This document shows, one piece after another, positions 18,401 through 26,843 of a stretch of DNA of 32,000 nucleotides. Origin of the DNA: Candidatus Hermodarchaeota archaeon (GTDB taxonomy: Archaea > Asgardarchaeota > Heimdallarchaeia > Hodarchaeales > Hodarchaeaceae); the NCBI GenBank assembly GCA_048886185.1, contig JBHLKY010000007.1:1-32000 (forward strand), read 5' to 3'. The notes beneath the pieces are model-generated. The model worked only from the letters and a program-made list of their open reading frames with translations. It made no database searches and was not told the DNA's origin. The translations under genes and the position numbers were made by a program. Position 1 is the stretch's first letter. Each line of letters begins with the position of its first letter.

Positions 18401-18859
18401 GCTCTGTCTAAAAATCCCGATCTGCAATATTATAAATTATGTAAAGTCAACCTTGTTATTCTAGAAGGTAAACAATGGCTGAATAATCCAACAGATCCTA
18501 TTCCAGAAAATTTGATATCACAAGTAGATAGTTGGATATATATGTGTCAATCCGATGAGCAATACAATCAGTTATGCTTGTTATATCTTTTACGAGGCCA
18601 TATTGCATTGGCATCTTTTGAACTGGAAGAAGCAGAAAATTGGGTAGAGAAATGTTTTGACCTTGCTGAACAGGAACAGCTTTTATTTTATTTGAAATTA
18701 GCTAATAAAGAATTTAATCGTTATAAACAGTATAAACAACGCTTAACATCGATGGTAGATAAAGAAACGATAGTATCTCCTGAAAAACAGTTAGAAGTAA
18801 TTCAGGATTATCTTAAAGATGCCCTTGTTATAATTAAAAAAGAACATAAAGATGAATAA
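15440..18859 (+). CDS. Single-pass membrane protein: signal peptide, 14 WD40 repeats, 6 DxDxD Ca-binding (TSP3-like) repeats, TM helix, cytoplasmic TPR-like helical domain
   Basis: MRWIKIRILASLFFLVLLSSILA signal (start moved from 15353 to the ATG at 15440). 14 repeats of FSPDG..LAS.S.D..I.LWN type; DFDNDG, DIDNDG, DSDLDN, DLDGDG, DKDDDG, DSDGDW; TM SLIFLIIIFCLGTGVII; helical C-terminus. Confidence 0.9.
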   Translation: MRWIKIRILASLFFLVLLSSILANFDFNTSQNVSREILSENHKIDEINQINPAPPFASEIYIDSPMQHNDRVNSVKFSPDGKILASASWDAAIKLWNLSLGQEIEVSPLKHTDSITSLVFSPDGQSIIATDMDASLVFWNSSSGDVIQNHTHKTSEYRGNSPLAISPTGDQLAIRGVTFIRIIDISFSEITREVTLPFGTSPTCMVFAPNAQILASGYDFGSGYDFLKLWNSSSGDLIENLPQGERVYAVDFSPDGQFLASAGSDGNITLWDMTSRENIRNFTGHVGKVNDVVFSPDGKILASCSNDLTIRLWNVTDGRQIRTLNGHTTSVYSLDFSPDGTLLASGSGDNTARVWNVVQGVELQVLSSFAEPVNTLSFSATGETLISGGNDTEVILWDLSTSTPKSYIIPPYHSGGINSVDISSDDTMFATGGVDSNVFVYDKSTREPLYKLTNHSGQVFSVAFSKDNTLLASAGADSNIFLWNLTNGERIPTFLNHTEAVTSLDFSPDGQLLASGSKDKTIRLWNVSSGIEYSIPVLIGHDFRVNTIAFSPVDPTILVSGSQYGIETSIIVWDILNGTHLPLTGHTTAVLSVTFSPEGNIFATSSYDGTISFWDTFTGERYITSPKEPDPIRSICYSPQHGVFASTRDTDIILWNMSDGQVPTDFDNDGMPDSWELSVGLDHGNFWDKFLDIDNDGLINSLEYFLNTSVIIRDSDLDNMPDGWEYLMGLDPLKNDAQDDLDGDGMPNLWEYRMNLHPSYNDAMADKDDDGMPNIWEYENGFNATDSADAHIDSDGDWISNLQEYRGGSDPHDFWSVPPLSLSVIHFSLIFLIIIFCLGTGVIIRHHLHRRLIQKLDAPNYKIAKQIHQSGLKDYTSYMQAVTNAKEDLLEAKKISMKGDFPTAISQFKSILTTAQRLNRPVLQAEVIFNLSQIYKDLGEVSSIAVMLPLFPQSSKDSKIQAFSDMIEALIAEAAKDWLQASKAWQAALSKNPDLQYYKLCKVNLVILEGKQWLNNPTDPIPENLISQVDSWIYMCQSDEQYNQLCLLYLLRGHIALASFELEEAENWVEKCFDLAEQEQLLFYLKLANKEFNRYKQYKQRLTSMVDKETIVSPEKQLEVIQDYLKDALVIIKKEHKDE

Positions 18860-19270
18860 TATTCTGCACTAGAAGGTAGAGGGCATATTTTCGGTTCGAA
18901 GATGCTTTGGAGAACTTCATGTCAGTTGGGTGGCCAACTATTCTTTCTTTTCTAAGGCCCCTAAAAATATAGTTACAAAACTTCCCCTCCTACGTATTTG
19001 AGTTCTCTAAAGGTAAGAATGTTTGAGGCATCTAGAAAAGCCACATACTAGCAAGTTAATGTACCTTATAAAAAGATGGAATACAGAGTCAAAGAGTGAC
19101 CCCTTATAAAGACTTAGAAAAGCATGATTCTAAAAAAATATTTAGCTTTTCTTACACTTAAATTGGATAAGTCATTTTTGATAAACTAAGATTCGATTAG
19201 CTTTTAAGGCATTAAGTGATAGAGCAATGAAATTATGAAACATTTGCTTGATTAAGGTTGAGAGAGGTCA

Positions 19271-21781
19271 TTGAGTCTCAAAAAAGTTCAAAAATCTCTC
19301 TGGTTAAACGAAATCGACCAAGCTCTCCATTTGATTGAAGATTTACTAAACAAAGATAATATAAATGGTTTAATTTATAAAAGTCTCATACTAACTCAAA
19401 AACAAGAGATTACTAACGCATTATCAATCGTTGGAGAAATTTTGAACAAAAAGGAAATCTCATTAAGTCTCACACAAGACTTTGGTGTTAAATTAGCAAA
19501 GATATCAGCATTAATGAGGGGAAACCAATTTTTTGAAGCATTCGAGGAAATTAATGCATGCTCTGAATTGTTAACACAGATGGATCTCGCTGAATTTAAA
19601 GACTGGGAAGGAATGTTCTTAACGATCAAAGCAGGATTTCAAATGATGGGAGGAAATATTAAGCAAGCTATTGCGAATTTTCAAAAAAGTTTGAAACTAT
19701 TTACCGAAATCCGATATTACAAAGAAATACATAATCAATTGAACAATCTGGGGTGGATTTACAGAGTTCAGGGTAAATTGGATCAAGCACACGATGCTTT
19801 TCATAAACAATTGGAATTTAATCAAGAGAGTAATAATGAAAAAAGTATAGCATGGTCTAAATTCAATCTTGCGTACATTCATTTTTACAAAGGAGAGTTA
19901 ACTCAAGCAGCTGATTATGCACAAGAAAGTAAGGCTTCTTTCGAAGAATTAGAAAGCCATACTGGCCTTTCTTATATCTATACAGTGATTGGCTCAATTC
20001 ATAGAGGGAAAGGGGAATTAGAGAAAGGTCTTGACTACTATAACAAGACTTTAGGGATTTATGAAACTCATTTAGAAGAACACCGACCTGTTCCCCACTC
20101 GGTGTGTGTTGCTTTACGAGACTTGGGAATTGTTTTCTTCCAGAAAAATAGAATTGAGCAATCAACTGAGTGCTTTAAGAGAGCAATCGAAACACACAAA
20201 TCTTTATGTCTGTTTAAGAACACCATCAATGATTTTGAACTCGCGGTATCAAATTATTTTTTAATATCTATCTCTATTGTTTCTGGCTTTCCCAATCCTG
20301 TAGATGATTTTCTAAAAGAGATTAACCAGGTTACTACTCGCTGGCCTTGGTTGAAACTATTCAGCAAAGCAGGTGAAGCTGTAATATTAAAGAATCGGCC
20401 ACGAGCCATAGATAAGATTAAAGCTCAGCAATTATTCCAAGAACTTCTGGAAGAGCGTTTTGATTATGAATTAGAATTCAATGTTCAAGTTAACTTATGT
20501 GAATTGCTCCTTGATGAGTTAAAATTTTACGGGGAGGAAGAAGTTATACAAGAAATCCAAAGTTTATTAACTCGAATCTCAAATACAGCCAAGAATCAAC
20601 GTTCTATTACTACTTTGGTTATATTGTATTCTCTTCAAGCAAAATTAGCTTTGATTGAGGGAAATATCGAGTATGCAAAGAGTCTATTAACTCAGGCACT
20701 CTTACTTGCAAATGAAAAAGGTTTAGAGTTTCTTTCAATACAGGTGAAGAAACAACAAGATCTTATTATCAGTCAATTAGAGGAATGGAGGCAGTTATTA
20801 GCCCGGAATTCATCTATCCAAGAAAAACTTGAACTCCTGGATCTTAAGAAGTACATAGCTGGGGCGATAAACGACGTTCTTGAGAAGAAATTCCCATCGA
20901 TAAAGAAATTCGAATTAGTCTACAAAGATCTGCTTAAGGCTGATCCTAAGGTACCAAAAAGACAATGTAGAGTCGGTGTAGCTCAAATTGGTGTTTCTCA
21001 GAGTGGTGATATTCTATCAGATTTCTATTATGAAAAATCATCTGGTTTTTTTCGTCTTAAAGAAGAAAAAGTTCAGACTGTACTAGATACCGTTAAAACC
21101 TTGGTTGAAGCTGCTTCTAGCAATGGTGTTAATTTTTTACTCTTTCCAGAACTAGCCATCGATCTTAATTACCCTCAGCTTTCAAATGCTCTTCTAGATA
21201 TGGCAAAACAATATGATTTGTATATTGTTCCTGGTTCGTACCATAATCAGAACACAAGACAGAATGTTAGCTTGGTTATTAGTCCAAACGGAGTACTATG
21301 GGAACAAGAAAAACACATTCCAGCAATAATTCATTTTGGTAACAAGCGAGTTAAAGAATCAATATATATTGATAAACACCCTCGTAGAACGTTTATTTGT
21401 AATACTGAGTATGGAAGGATAGCAATTGTCATTTGTCGTGACTTTCTTGATCTAGATTTAAGGGTTGAATTAAAGAACTTTGATCCTCCAATTGATATTT
21501 TATTCAATCCAGCTTTCACCCCTGTAGCGGCTGACTTCCAGGCTGCTCATTTTGATGCTCGGAGATCCATTTATTCTTATTGTTTTTTCGCAAATATTGC
21601 TGAATTTGGTGAATCTCTAATTTATACTCCAGAAAAGGAACGAACTGTACAAAGAATTCTTCCTAAAGAGGAAAAACTTATCTATAAAGACATTGATATT
21701 TTTAAACTACGTTCAGAACGTAAAAAGTGGGAATTGGAACAAAAGAAAGACAGATCTTTCATACAGAGTACTAAATACTAA
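19271..21781 (+). CDS. TPR-repeat protein fused to a C-terminal carbon-nitrogen hydrolase (nitrilase-fold) domain
   Basis: TPRs such as LNNLGWIYRVQGKLDQA and IGSIHRGKGELEKGLDYYNKTL. The C-terminal domain has VGVAQI and the E-K-C triad (FPEL, EKHIP, ICRDF). SD GAGAGGT, TTG start. Confidence 0.9.
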   Translation: MSLKKVQKSLWLNEIDQALHLIEDLLNKDNINGLIYKSLILTQKQEITNALSIVGEILNKKEISLSLTQDFGVKLAKISALMRGNQFFEAFEEINACSELLTQMDLAEFKDWEGMFLTIKAGFQMMGGNIKQAIANFQKSLKLFTEIRYYKEIHNQLNNLGWIYRVQGKLDQAHDAFHKQLEFNQESNNEKSIAWSKFNLAYIHFYKGELTQAADYAQESKASFEELESHTGLSYIYTVIGSIHRGKGELEKGLDYYNKTLGIYETHLEEHRPVPHSVCVALRDLGIVFFQKNRIEQSTECFKRAIETHKSLCLFKNTINDFELAVSNYFLISISIVSGFPNPVDDFLKEINQVTTRWPWLKLFSKAGEAVILKNRPRAIDKIKAQQLFQELLEERFDYELEFNVQVNLCELLLDELKFYGEEEVIQEIQSLLTRISNTAKNQRSITTLVILYSLQAKLALIEGNIEYAKSLLTQALLLANEKGLEFLSIQVKKQQDLIISQLEEWRQLLARNSSIQEKLELLDLKKYIAGAINDVLEKKFPSIKKFELVYKDLLKADPKVPKRQCRVGVAQIGVSQSGDILSDFYYEKSSGFFRLKEEKVQTVLDTVKTLVEAASSNGVNFLLFPELAIDLNYPQLSNALLDMAKQYDLYIVPGSYHNQNTRQNVSLVISPNGVLWEQEKHIPAIIHFGNKRVKESIYIDKHPRRTFICNTEYGRIAIVICRDFLDLDLRVELKNFDPPIDILFNPAFTPVAADFQAAHFDARRSIYSYCFFANIAEFGESLIYTPEKERTVQRILPKEEKLIYKDIDIFKLRSERKKWELEQKKDRSFIQSTKY

Positions 21782-21800
21782 ATTCAATCTTGTATTTGAA

Positions 21801-21851
21801 TTGAAATTTATAGAAAGCTGGCTTTAACAATTATAATGTGTGTTTGAAGAC
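21801..21851 (+). repeat. Dispersed ~51-bp element, copy A
   Basis: Exact core GCTTTAACAATTATAAT at 21821-21837, preceded by AATTT.T..AA..CT.G and followed 5 nt later by TTTGAAGAC. Lies between convergent genes. Confidence 0.75.
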
Positions 21852-21909
21852 ATTAACTCCGAAGACTAAACTTTCATGAACTAATTATTAAAAACGTTAA
21901 TACCTTAAA

Positions 21910-23715
21910 TTAAAGTTGTTTAGATATTGATTGAGTTAAAGTATGGGAAGGAATCACACCATTTCTTCCATTAGTCTTCACTTTTTGATTTTCCATTGCA
22001 TCTTTGAGCTTTTCTAGCGATTGTGAAAAATCAAGCGGTTTTCCACTATAATCAAGCTCTTTTAGCGCTTGGTTTTGATAAGCATTGAATAGTTCATTGG
22101 ATAATTTCTCCCAATCCCTACAAATCTTAAGTGTTTCTTCTTCATTAACTAATAGACTTTCGTGGGACATAATACGGAGAAATTCTGTTGCAAGTGGTTC
22201 AACAATACTTGCATCAGCACCTTCAAGTAAATCACGAACAAACTCGTCCGCAGAATACCAATCAATCACTCTTGAAAAATCACGGTGAATTTGCGTCAAC
22301 AAAACACTTCGAGGTCCTTCCCATAATTCCATAACCAAAGAGTCTCGATGATAGCGTGGAAGAGAGAGGAAATCTTCCATAATTCCATGTCCACCAAAAA
22401 ACGAGATGGCTAATCTGGTCATCGCTGGAGCTTCATCAGCTACCACGATTTTTTGGAGCATTATAAGCTCCCGTAGTCGAAACCGTCGTTTACGCTCATT
22501 TAAATCATCAATTTTCTCTAGCTCTCTTATTCCACTAATGAGTTCTTCGCCAAAGTGAATGTATTCAGAATAAACTTTGAAAGCACCTGCTGCTGATCTC
22601 ATCGCATACTGTCGTAAATCGTTAATTTGATTGATCATTAACGGAAAAGAAGCCACTGGAATACCAAAAGCTGTTCTAAATTGAGTATAAAGTATTGCAT
22701 CGCGTACTACCCTAAGAGCGCCCGCTGCTAGACCAAAGGCAACATGGAGCCTTGATAATGAAAGAACAATACCAACCACATCAGCAAGACCTTTTTCAAG
22801 CGGTCCGATAGGATATGCTACTGCACCTTTATAGGTAATCTCAGCTGTCGGGAGTTCAGCAGTTCCAAGTTTTTGTTTAAGGCGATCGATAGTGAAAGAG
22901 TTTCTAATTTCACGTTTTTTATTCCCAGGCAGCCAAGAAGGAACAACAAATGCAGCAACTCTTGTTGATGAAGGAGTACCTTTTGGTTTCGCTGTAACAA
23001 CCGCGTAATCAGCTTGTATGGCTGAACAGAAAAATTTCTGTCCATAAATACGCCAACAATTCGAAATATCATCAGGACCTTCTGCTTCTTCAAAAACTGC
23101 TTCAACAAGATTGGCAGGGACATCACTACCTCCTTGGATTTCACTTACGAATTGTGCACCTAAGCCATATACGCTGTCTTCAAATCCACCAAAACCATTC
23201 CGAACCGAGCTAAGAATTTTTTGAGCCTGTGGATCCAATTCAGTTTCATATTTTTGCATCAGCCATATCATTCCATGGGTACAAGCTACGGGACACATAA
23301 CTCCAAATTCACCAAGTTCATAAAGCAGAAATATTTTCATAAATCTGCTCCAAGCAGTGTTTTTCGCTGGATCAAAAAGACCTAATTGAAAGATCTCTCG
23401 CTCAAGCTTTTCTGTCTCGGCTGCTCGTTTAATACGATCGATTCTATTGTTGTAAGCGTCATAATGCTGCACAATAGTACATCTTGTGCGATTATCAAGA
23501 CGTGTTGTTTCTTCAACAAGATCCCTCCATTTATAGGAGACCTTATCAGATAGTTCTCGGAGCTCAGCATCAATTTTCTCGAATTCATCACCGGCATACT
23601 TCTTAACTAATGCCTGAAAGAACTCATCGTCCCTATAAAAGTTAAAACTATTCCTAACGAGTAAATAATCGTCAAAAGAATAAGAATTATCTCTATTTCC
23701 TTCTTGATCATTCAA
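21910..23715 (-). CDS. Acyl-CoA dehydrogenase family protein (AidB-like)
   Basis: SEIQGGSDV, GQKFFCS, IDRLKQKLGTAELPTAEI, GGHGIMED, RD...ELWEG. SD GGTGA, TTG start. Confidence 0.88.
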   Translation of the reverse strand: MNDQEGNRDNSYSFDDYLLVRNSFNFYRDDEFFQALVKKYAGDEFEKIDAELRELSDKVSYKWRDLVEETTRLDNRTRCTIVQHYDAYNNRIDRIKRAAETEKLEREIFQLGLFDPAKNTAWSRFMKIFLLYELGEFGVMCPVACTHGMIWLMQKYETELDPQAQKILSSVRNGFGGFEDSVYGLGAQFVSEIQGGSDVPANLVEAVFEEAEGPDDISNCWRIYGQKFFCSAIQADYAVVTAKPKGTPSSTRVAAFVVPSWLPGNKKREIRNSFTIDRLKQKLGTAELPTAEITYKGAVAYPIGPLEKGLADVVGIVLSLSRLHVAFGLAAGALRVVRDAILYTQFRTAFGIPVASFPLMINQINDLRQYAMRSAAGAFKVYSEYIHFGEELISGIRELEKIDDLNERKRRFRLRELIMLQKIVVADEAPAMTRLAISFFGGHGIMEDFLSLPRYHRDSLVMELWEGPRSVLLTQIHRDFSRVIDWYSADEFVRDLLEGADASIVEPLATEFLRIMSHESLLVNEEETLKICRDWEKLSNELFNAYQNQALKELDYSGKPLDFSQSLEKLKDAMENQKVKTNGRNGVIPSHTLTQSISKQL

Positions 23716-23857
23716 AACTAATTCACCTTCTAATTAATGCTTATTCCCATGCATCCTAATCCAAGAGTTGAAACTTCAAGTCCACAATTTCCCAATTTTC
23801 GCTTTAACATTTTATTATCCTTTTTCATTTAATAATTAATTCTTTTAAAAAAGTGGT

Positions 23858-24985
23858 TTAGTAAACAGGTTTCATTACTTCCTGAAAATCTTTTATTATA
23901 TCTGTAATTTTGATGTTTTGTTCACATACCGTCTCGCATTCCTTGCAATCAGTACAGTCAGTTGCGTTGCCATAACGAGTTCCTACTGCATCATACACCA
24001 TATTCTGCCATCCTCCAGCCTTAAACATTTTACGATTATTATATAATCCAATATATACAGGAATGGCTAATTTTTCTAGACATACTTTTTGGCATTCTCC
24101 ACAAAATGTACAATTATTTGGTGATTTTTTGTTAAATATTTCTTGTGCTTCTGTAATCAATTGTTGTTCTTCAACATTAAGTGGTGTGAGCTGATCAAAT
24201 GTGTTCATATTATCTAATAATTGTTCAATGGTACTCATTCCTGATAAAATCAAAAAAATACCATCCAAAGATGCAACCCATCGTAAAGCCCATGCAGCAG
24301 CGCTAATATTGGGATTATATTCCTTAAATTTATTTTCAATCTCATTCGGAACATTTGCTAATGCCCCTCCTTTCAATGGTTCCATAACAATAACTTGCTT
24401 TTTATGTTTTACAACAGTTTCATAGCATTTTCTAATTTCAATACCGCCATTTATCCAATCAATATAATTTACAATTAATTGAACGTATTCCATTTCAGGA
24501 TGATTGATAAGTATCTTATCCAATGTTTCTGCAGTATCATGGAACGAAAATCCAATATGCCTAATTTTCCCTTCCTTTTTCATCTGGTTTAAAAATTCAA
24601 ACCCTCCTAATTTCTCACTTGTTTCGGTACTAGGAGAACCTAAAGCATGAAGCCAGTAATAATCAAAATATTCCAATCCACACCGTTCCAATTGTTCATC
24701 AAATATTTTCTGATAATCTTGCCTTTTTTTAATTAACCATACAGGCATTTTATCGGTAACAGTAAAAGCATCACGAGGATGTCGTTTTACTAACGCTTCT
24801 CTGATGGCAGTTTCGCTTTTACCACCATGGTAAACGTAACTTGTGTCAAAATGCGTATATCCTCTTTCTATGTAGATATCCACCATTTTTTTAAACTCTT
24901 CAATATCTATCTTTCCATAATCATTCTCAATTAATGGTAATCTCATTGCACCGAAACCTAATAATTTTCTTTCCATTTTTTTCAC
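23858..24985 (-). CDS. Aldo/keto reductase with C-terminal ferredoxin-like Fe-S domain (COG1453-type)
   Basis: LGFGAMRLP, FDTSYVYH, EYFDYYWLH, GKIRHIGFSFH, MEPLKGG, LSGMS; two CxxCxxCxxxC motifs. The start may be the ATG at 24976. Confidence 0.9.
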   Translation of the reverse strand: MKKMERKLLGFGAMRLPLIENDYGKIDIEEFKKMVDIYIERGYTHFDTSYVYHGGKSETAIREALVKRHPRDAFTVTDKMPVWLIKKRQDYQKIFDEQLERCGLEYFDYYWLHALGSPSTETSEKLGGFEFLNQMKKEGKIRHIGFSFHDTAETLDKILINHPEMEYVQLIVNYIDWINGGIEIRKCYETVVKHKKQVIVMEPLKGGALANVPNEIENKFKEYNPNISAAAWALRWVASLDGIFLILSGMSTIEQLLDNMNTFDQLTPLNVEEQQLITEAQEIFNKKSPNNCTFCGECQKVCLEKLAIPVYIGLYNNRKMFKAGGWQNMVYDAVGTRYGNATDCTDCKECETVCEQNIKITDIIKDFQEVMKPVY

Positions 24986-25013
24986 TTTTTTTTATTCTTA
25001 CTATTTCTACTAC

Positions 25014-25570
25014 TTAAATAGTTAATTTGATTGAACCTAATCTTTTAACGATTTCTGGAACTTGATGGGAAAAGAATAAACTGACTTTTGTATCTAATTG
25101 AGCCATCTTTTTCATATCTTCTAGTTTTAATTAAAAACAGTGAAGTTCTCCAGGATTCTTTCTTTATACCCTGATTGTGGAATAGCCACAACACATCTTT
25201 GAATAAGCCAACGGAGTATAACTTGGGTTACAGATTTATTATAATTTCCTGCTATTTCACTTAAAATTCCATTTTGGGACATATTATTTCTTCCTTCTGC
25301 AAAAGATCCCCAAAATTCTATTTGAACAGTATAATCCTTTATAACATTCGCACTTTCAATCTGTTGTCAAAATGGATGAGCTTTAACTTGATTAACTGCT
25401 GATGTGATTTCATTATGAAGAATAAGATCAACTAATTATTTGTCAACTAAATTACTTAAACAAATGGCGCTTATTTTTCCATCATGATTCAGTTCTTCCA
25501 TTGCTCGCTATGAACCGTATACATCACAGAAAGGTTGATAGATCAGGCATAAATCAATATAATCCATTAG
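25014..25570 (-). pseudogene. 5'-truncated aldo/keto reductase pseudogene (2,5-DKG-reductase/COG0656-like)
   Basis: MDYIDLCLIYQPFCDVYGS*RAMEEL..DGKISAI...K*LVDLILHNEITSAVNQVKAHPF*QQ...QVILRWLIQR.VVAIP...ERILENFTVF. Stops TAG 25510-08, TAA 25438-36, TGA 25369-67; frameshift near 25127, then EDMKKMAQLDTKVSLFFSHQVPEIVKRLG. Confidence 0.85.
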
Positions 25571-25690
25571 GTTTTTCCTAATTTGATTTAGCGGTACCTA
25601 AGGCACTTTTCTTTTCTAATCCATTTAAAAATCTTTTTGGTTCTAAAATCCCTAGCATTTTGCTTCAGAGTTTATCCTAGATTCCAGAAA

Positions 25691-25711
25691 GCTAACTTTA
25701 ATAATTATAAT
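25691..25711 (+). repeat. Degenerate copy D of the dispersed element
   Basis: GCTAACTTTAATAATTATAAT differs at 2 positions from GCTAGCTTTAACAATTATAAT; the downstream TTGAAGAC part is missing. Confidence 0.35.
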
Positions 25712-25812
25712 TAATCTTATACGAAAGCAATTTTTAAAATATTTTTTCTAGTACTTTATAGGGTAAGTTAGAAATATGAATCTTGATATTGGAATTTTCA
25801 GTGATAGCTTAG

Positions 25813-25863
25813 ATTGAATTTCTTGAAAACTAGCTTTAACAATTATAATTGCAGATTGACGAC
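25813..25863 (+). repeat. Dispersed ~51-bp element, copy B (upstream of DinB)
   Basis: Exact core at 25833-25849, then TGCAG-ATTGACGAC. Confidence 0.75.
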
Positions 25864-25988
25864 CTTTTCTTTCTAATTGGTTTATTTTAATTTTGATTAT
25901 TTGGTCATATTACCAAAAATCTTTATATTTTTAATAACTGATGAAACAAAACGAATGAATTTTGTCAACAACTTTGGATTTGATATAA

Positions 25989-26507
25989 ATGGAATTTAAC
26001 TTACAAGAAGCTATTGAGATTTTATCTCGAACACCTAAAATACTACGGGATTTGTTGGATGGACTTGATGATAAATGGGTTAATTATAAAAAAAGAGAAG
26101 ACGCTTTCTCTCCTTCAGAAGTGGTAGGACACCTTATTGCTGGAGAACAGACTGATTGGATTCCTAGAACAAAAATAATGCTTAAAGAAGAAGGATATAA
26201 GGAATTTCCACCATTTAATCGTGAGAGTTCTGGTGAAGTGTTAAGTGTAGAAGAACGATTAGATTTGTTTGAAAGCCTCCGAGCAGAAAACATAGAAACA
26301 TTAAAAGTATCAGTGACAGAGAAAGACTTTGAAAGAACTGGAATACATCCTGAATTTGGTGAGGTTAGTTTACAACAACACTTGGCAACTTGGGTTGTCC
26401 ACGACTTGACACATTTATTTCAAATAATTGAATCCTTTGCTTTACGATATAAAAATACCGTTGGCCCTTGGATAGAATATTTACGGATTTTGAATATTAA
26501 AAATTAA
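25989..26507 (+). CDS. DinB family protein (YfiT/bacillithiol-transferase-like fold)
   Basis: EAIEILSRTP...VVGHLI.GE..DWIPR...HPEFGEVSLQQHLATWVVHDLTH; His triad present. Confidence 0.9.
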   Translation: MEFNLQEAIEILSRTPKILRDLLDGLDDKWVNYKKREDAFSPSEVVGHLIAGEQTDWIPRTKIMLKEEGYKEFPPFNRESSGEVLSVEERLDLFESLRAENIETLKVSVTEKDFERTGIHPEFGEVSLQQHLATWVVHDLTHLFQIIESFALRYKNTVGPWIEYLRILNIKN

Positions 26508-26613
26508 AAAATTGACTGTGTAATGAAAATGTAACACAATAATATAAAGCAGAGATTCATGAATTATGGAACTGGATAAAAATTCTAAATAAATGATTTG
26601 TTTCATGCTATGT

Positions 26614-26664
26614 ATTAAATTTCTCAAATGCTAGCTTTAACAATTATAATCGTTGTTTGAAGAC
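26614..26664 (+). repeat. Dispersed ~51-bp element, copy C (downstream of DinB)
   Basis: Exact core at 26634-26650, then CGTTG-TTTGAAGAC. Same orientation as copy B, 801 bp away; lies between convergent genes. Confidence 0.75.
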
Positions 26665-26843
26665 CGTCATGAAGATTGATTTTCATCTCTATAATCCTGT
26701 TCTTTTTTCGAATGTCTCTGAAATTATAGAAGAATAATCGATTATTCCTACAAATTCAGATCTTTCTGTAATTGAACAGTTACCATTGAGCTTTAACTTA
26801 GTAAAGTGGAAATTTGAATAAATCAACTGATATGAGGTTACCA

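Noticed and set aside
19114-19154. Inverted repeat AGAAAAGC...GCTTTTCT before the TPR-nitrilase gene
   Set aside because: Short, A/T-rich and widely spaced; not distinguishable from chance without conservation data.
21821-21900. Integron attC reading of the dispersed repeat
   Set aside because: CTTTAAC does not fit RYYYAAC, no consistent GTTRRRY partner or long hairpin follows the three copies, and there is no integrase in the window.
25367-25510. Alternative genetic code as the explanation for stops in the AKR fragment
   Set aside because: All three stop codons plus a frameshift occur, which indicates decay.
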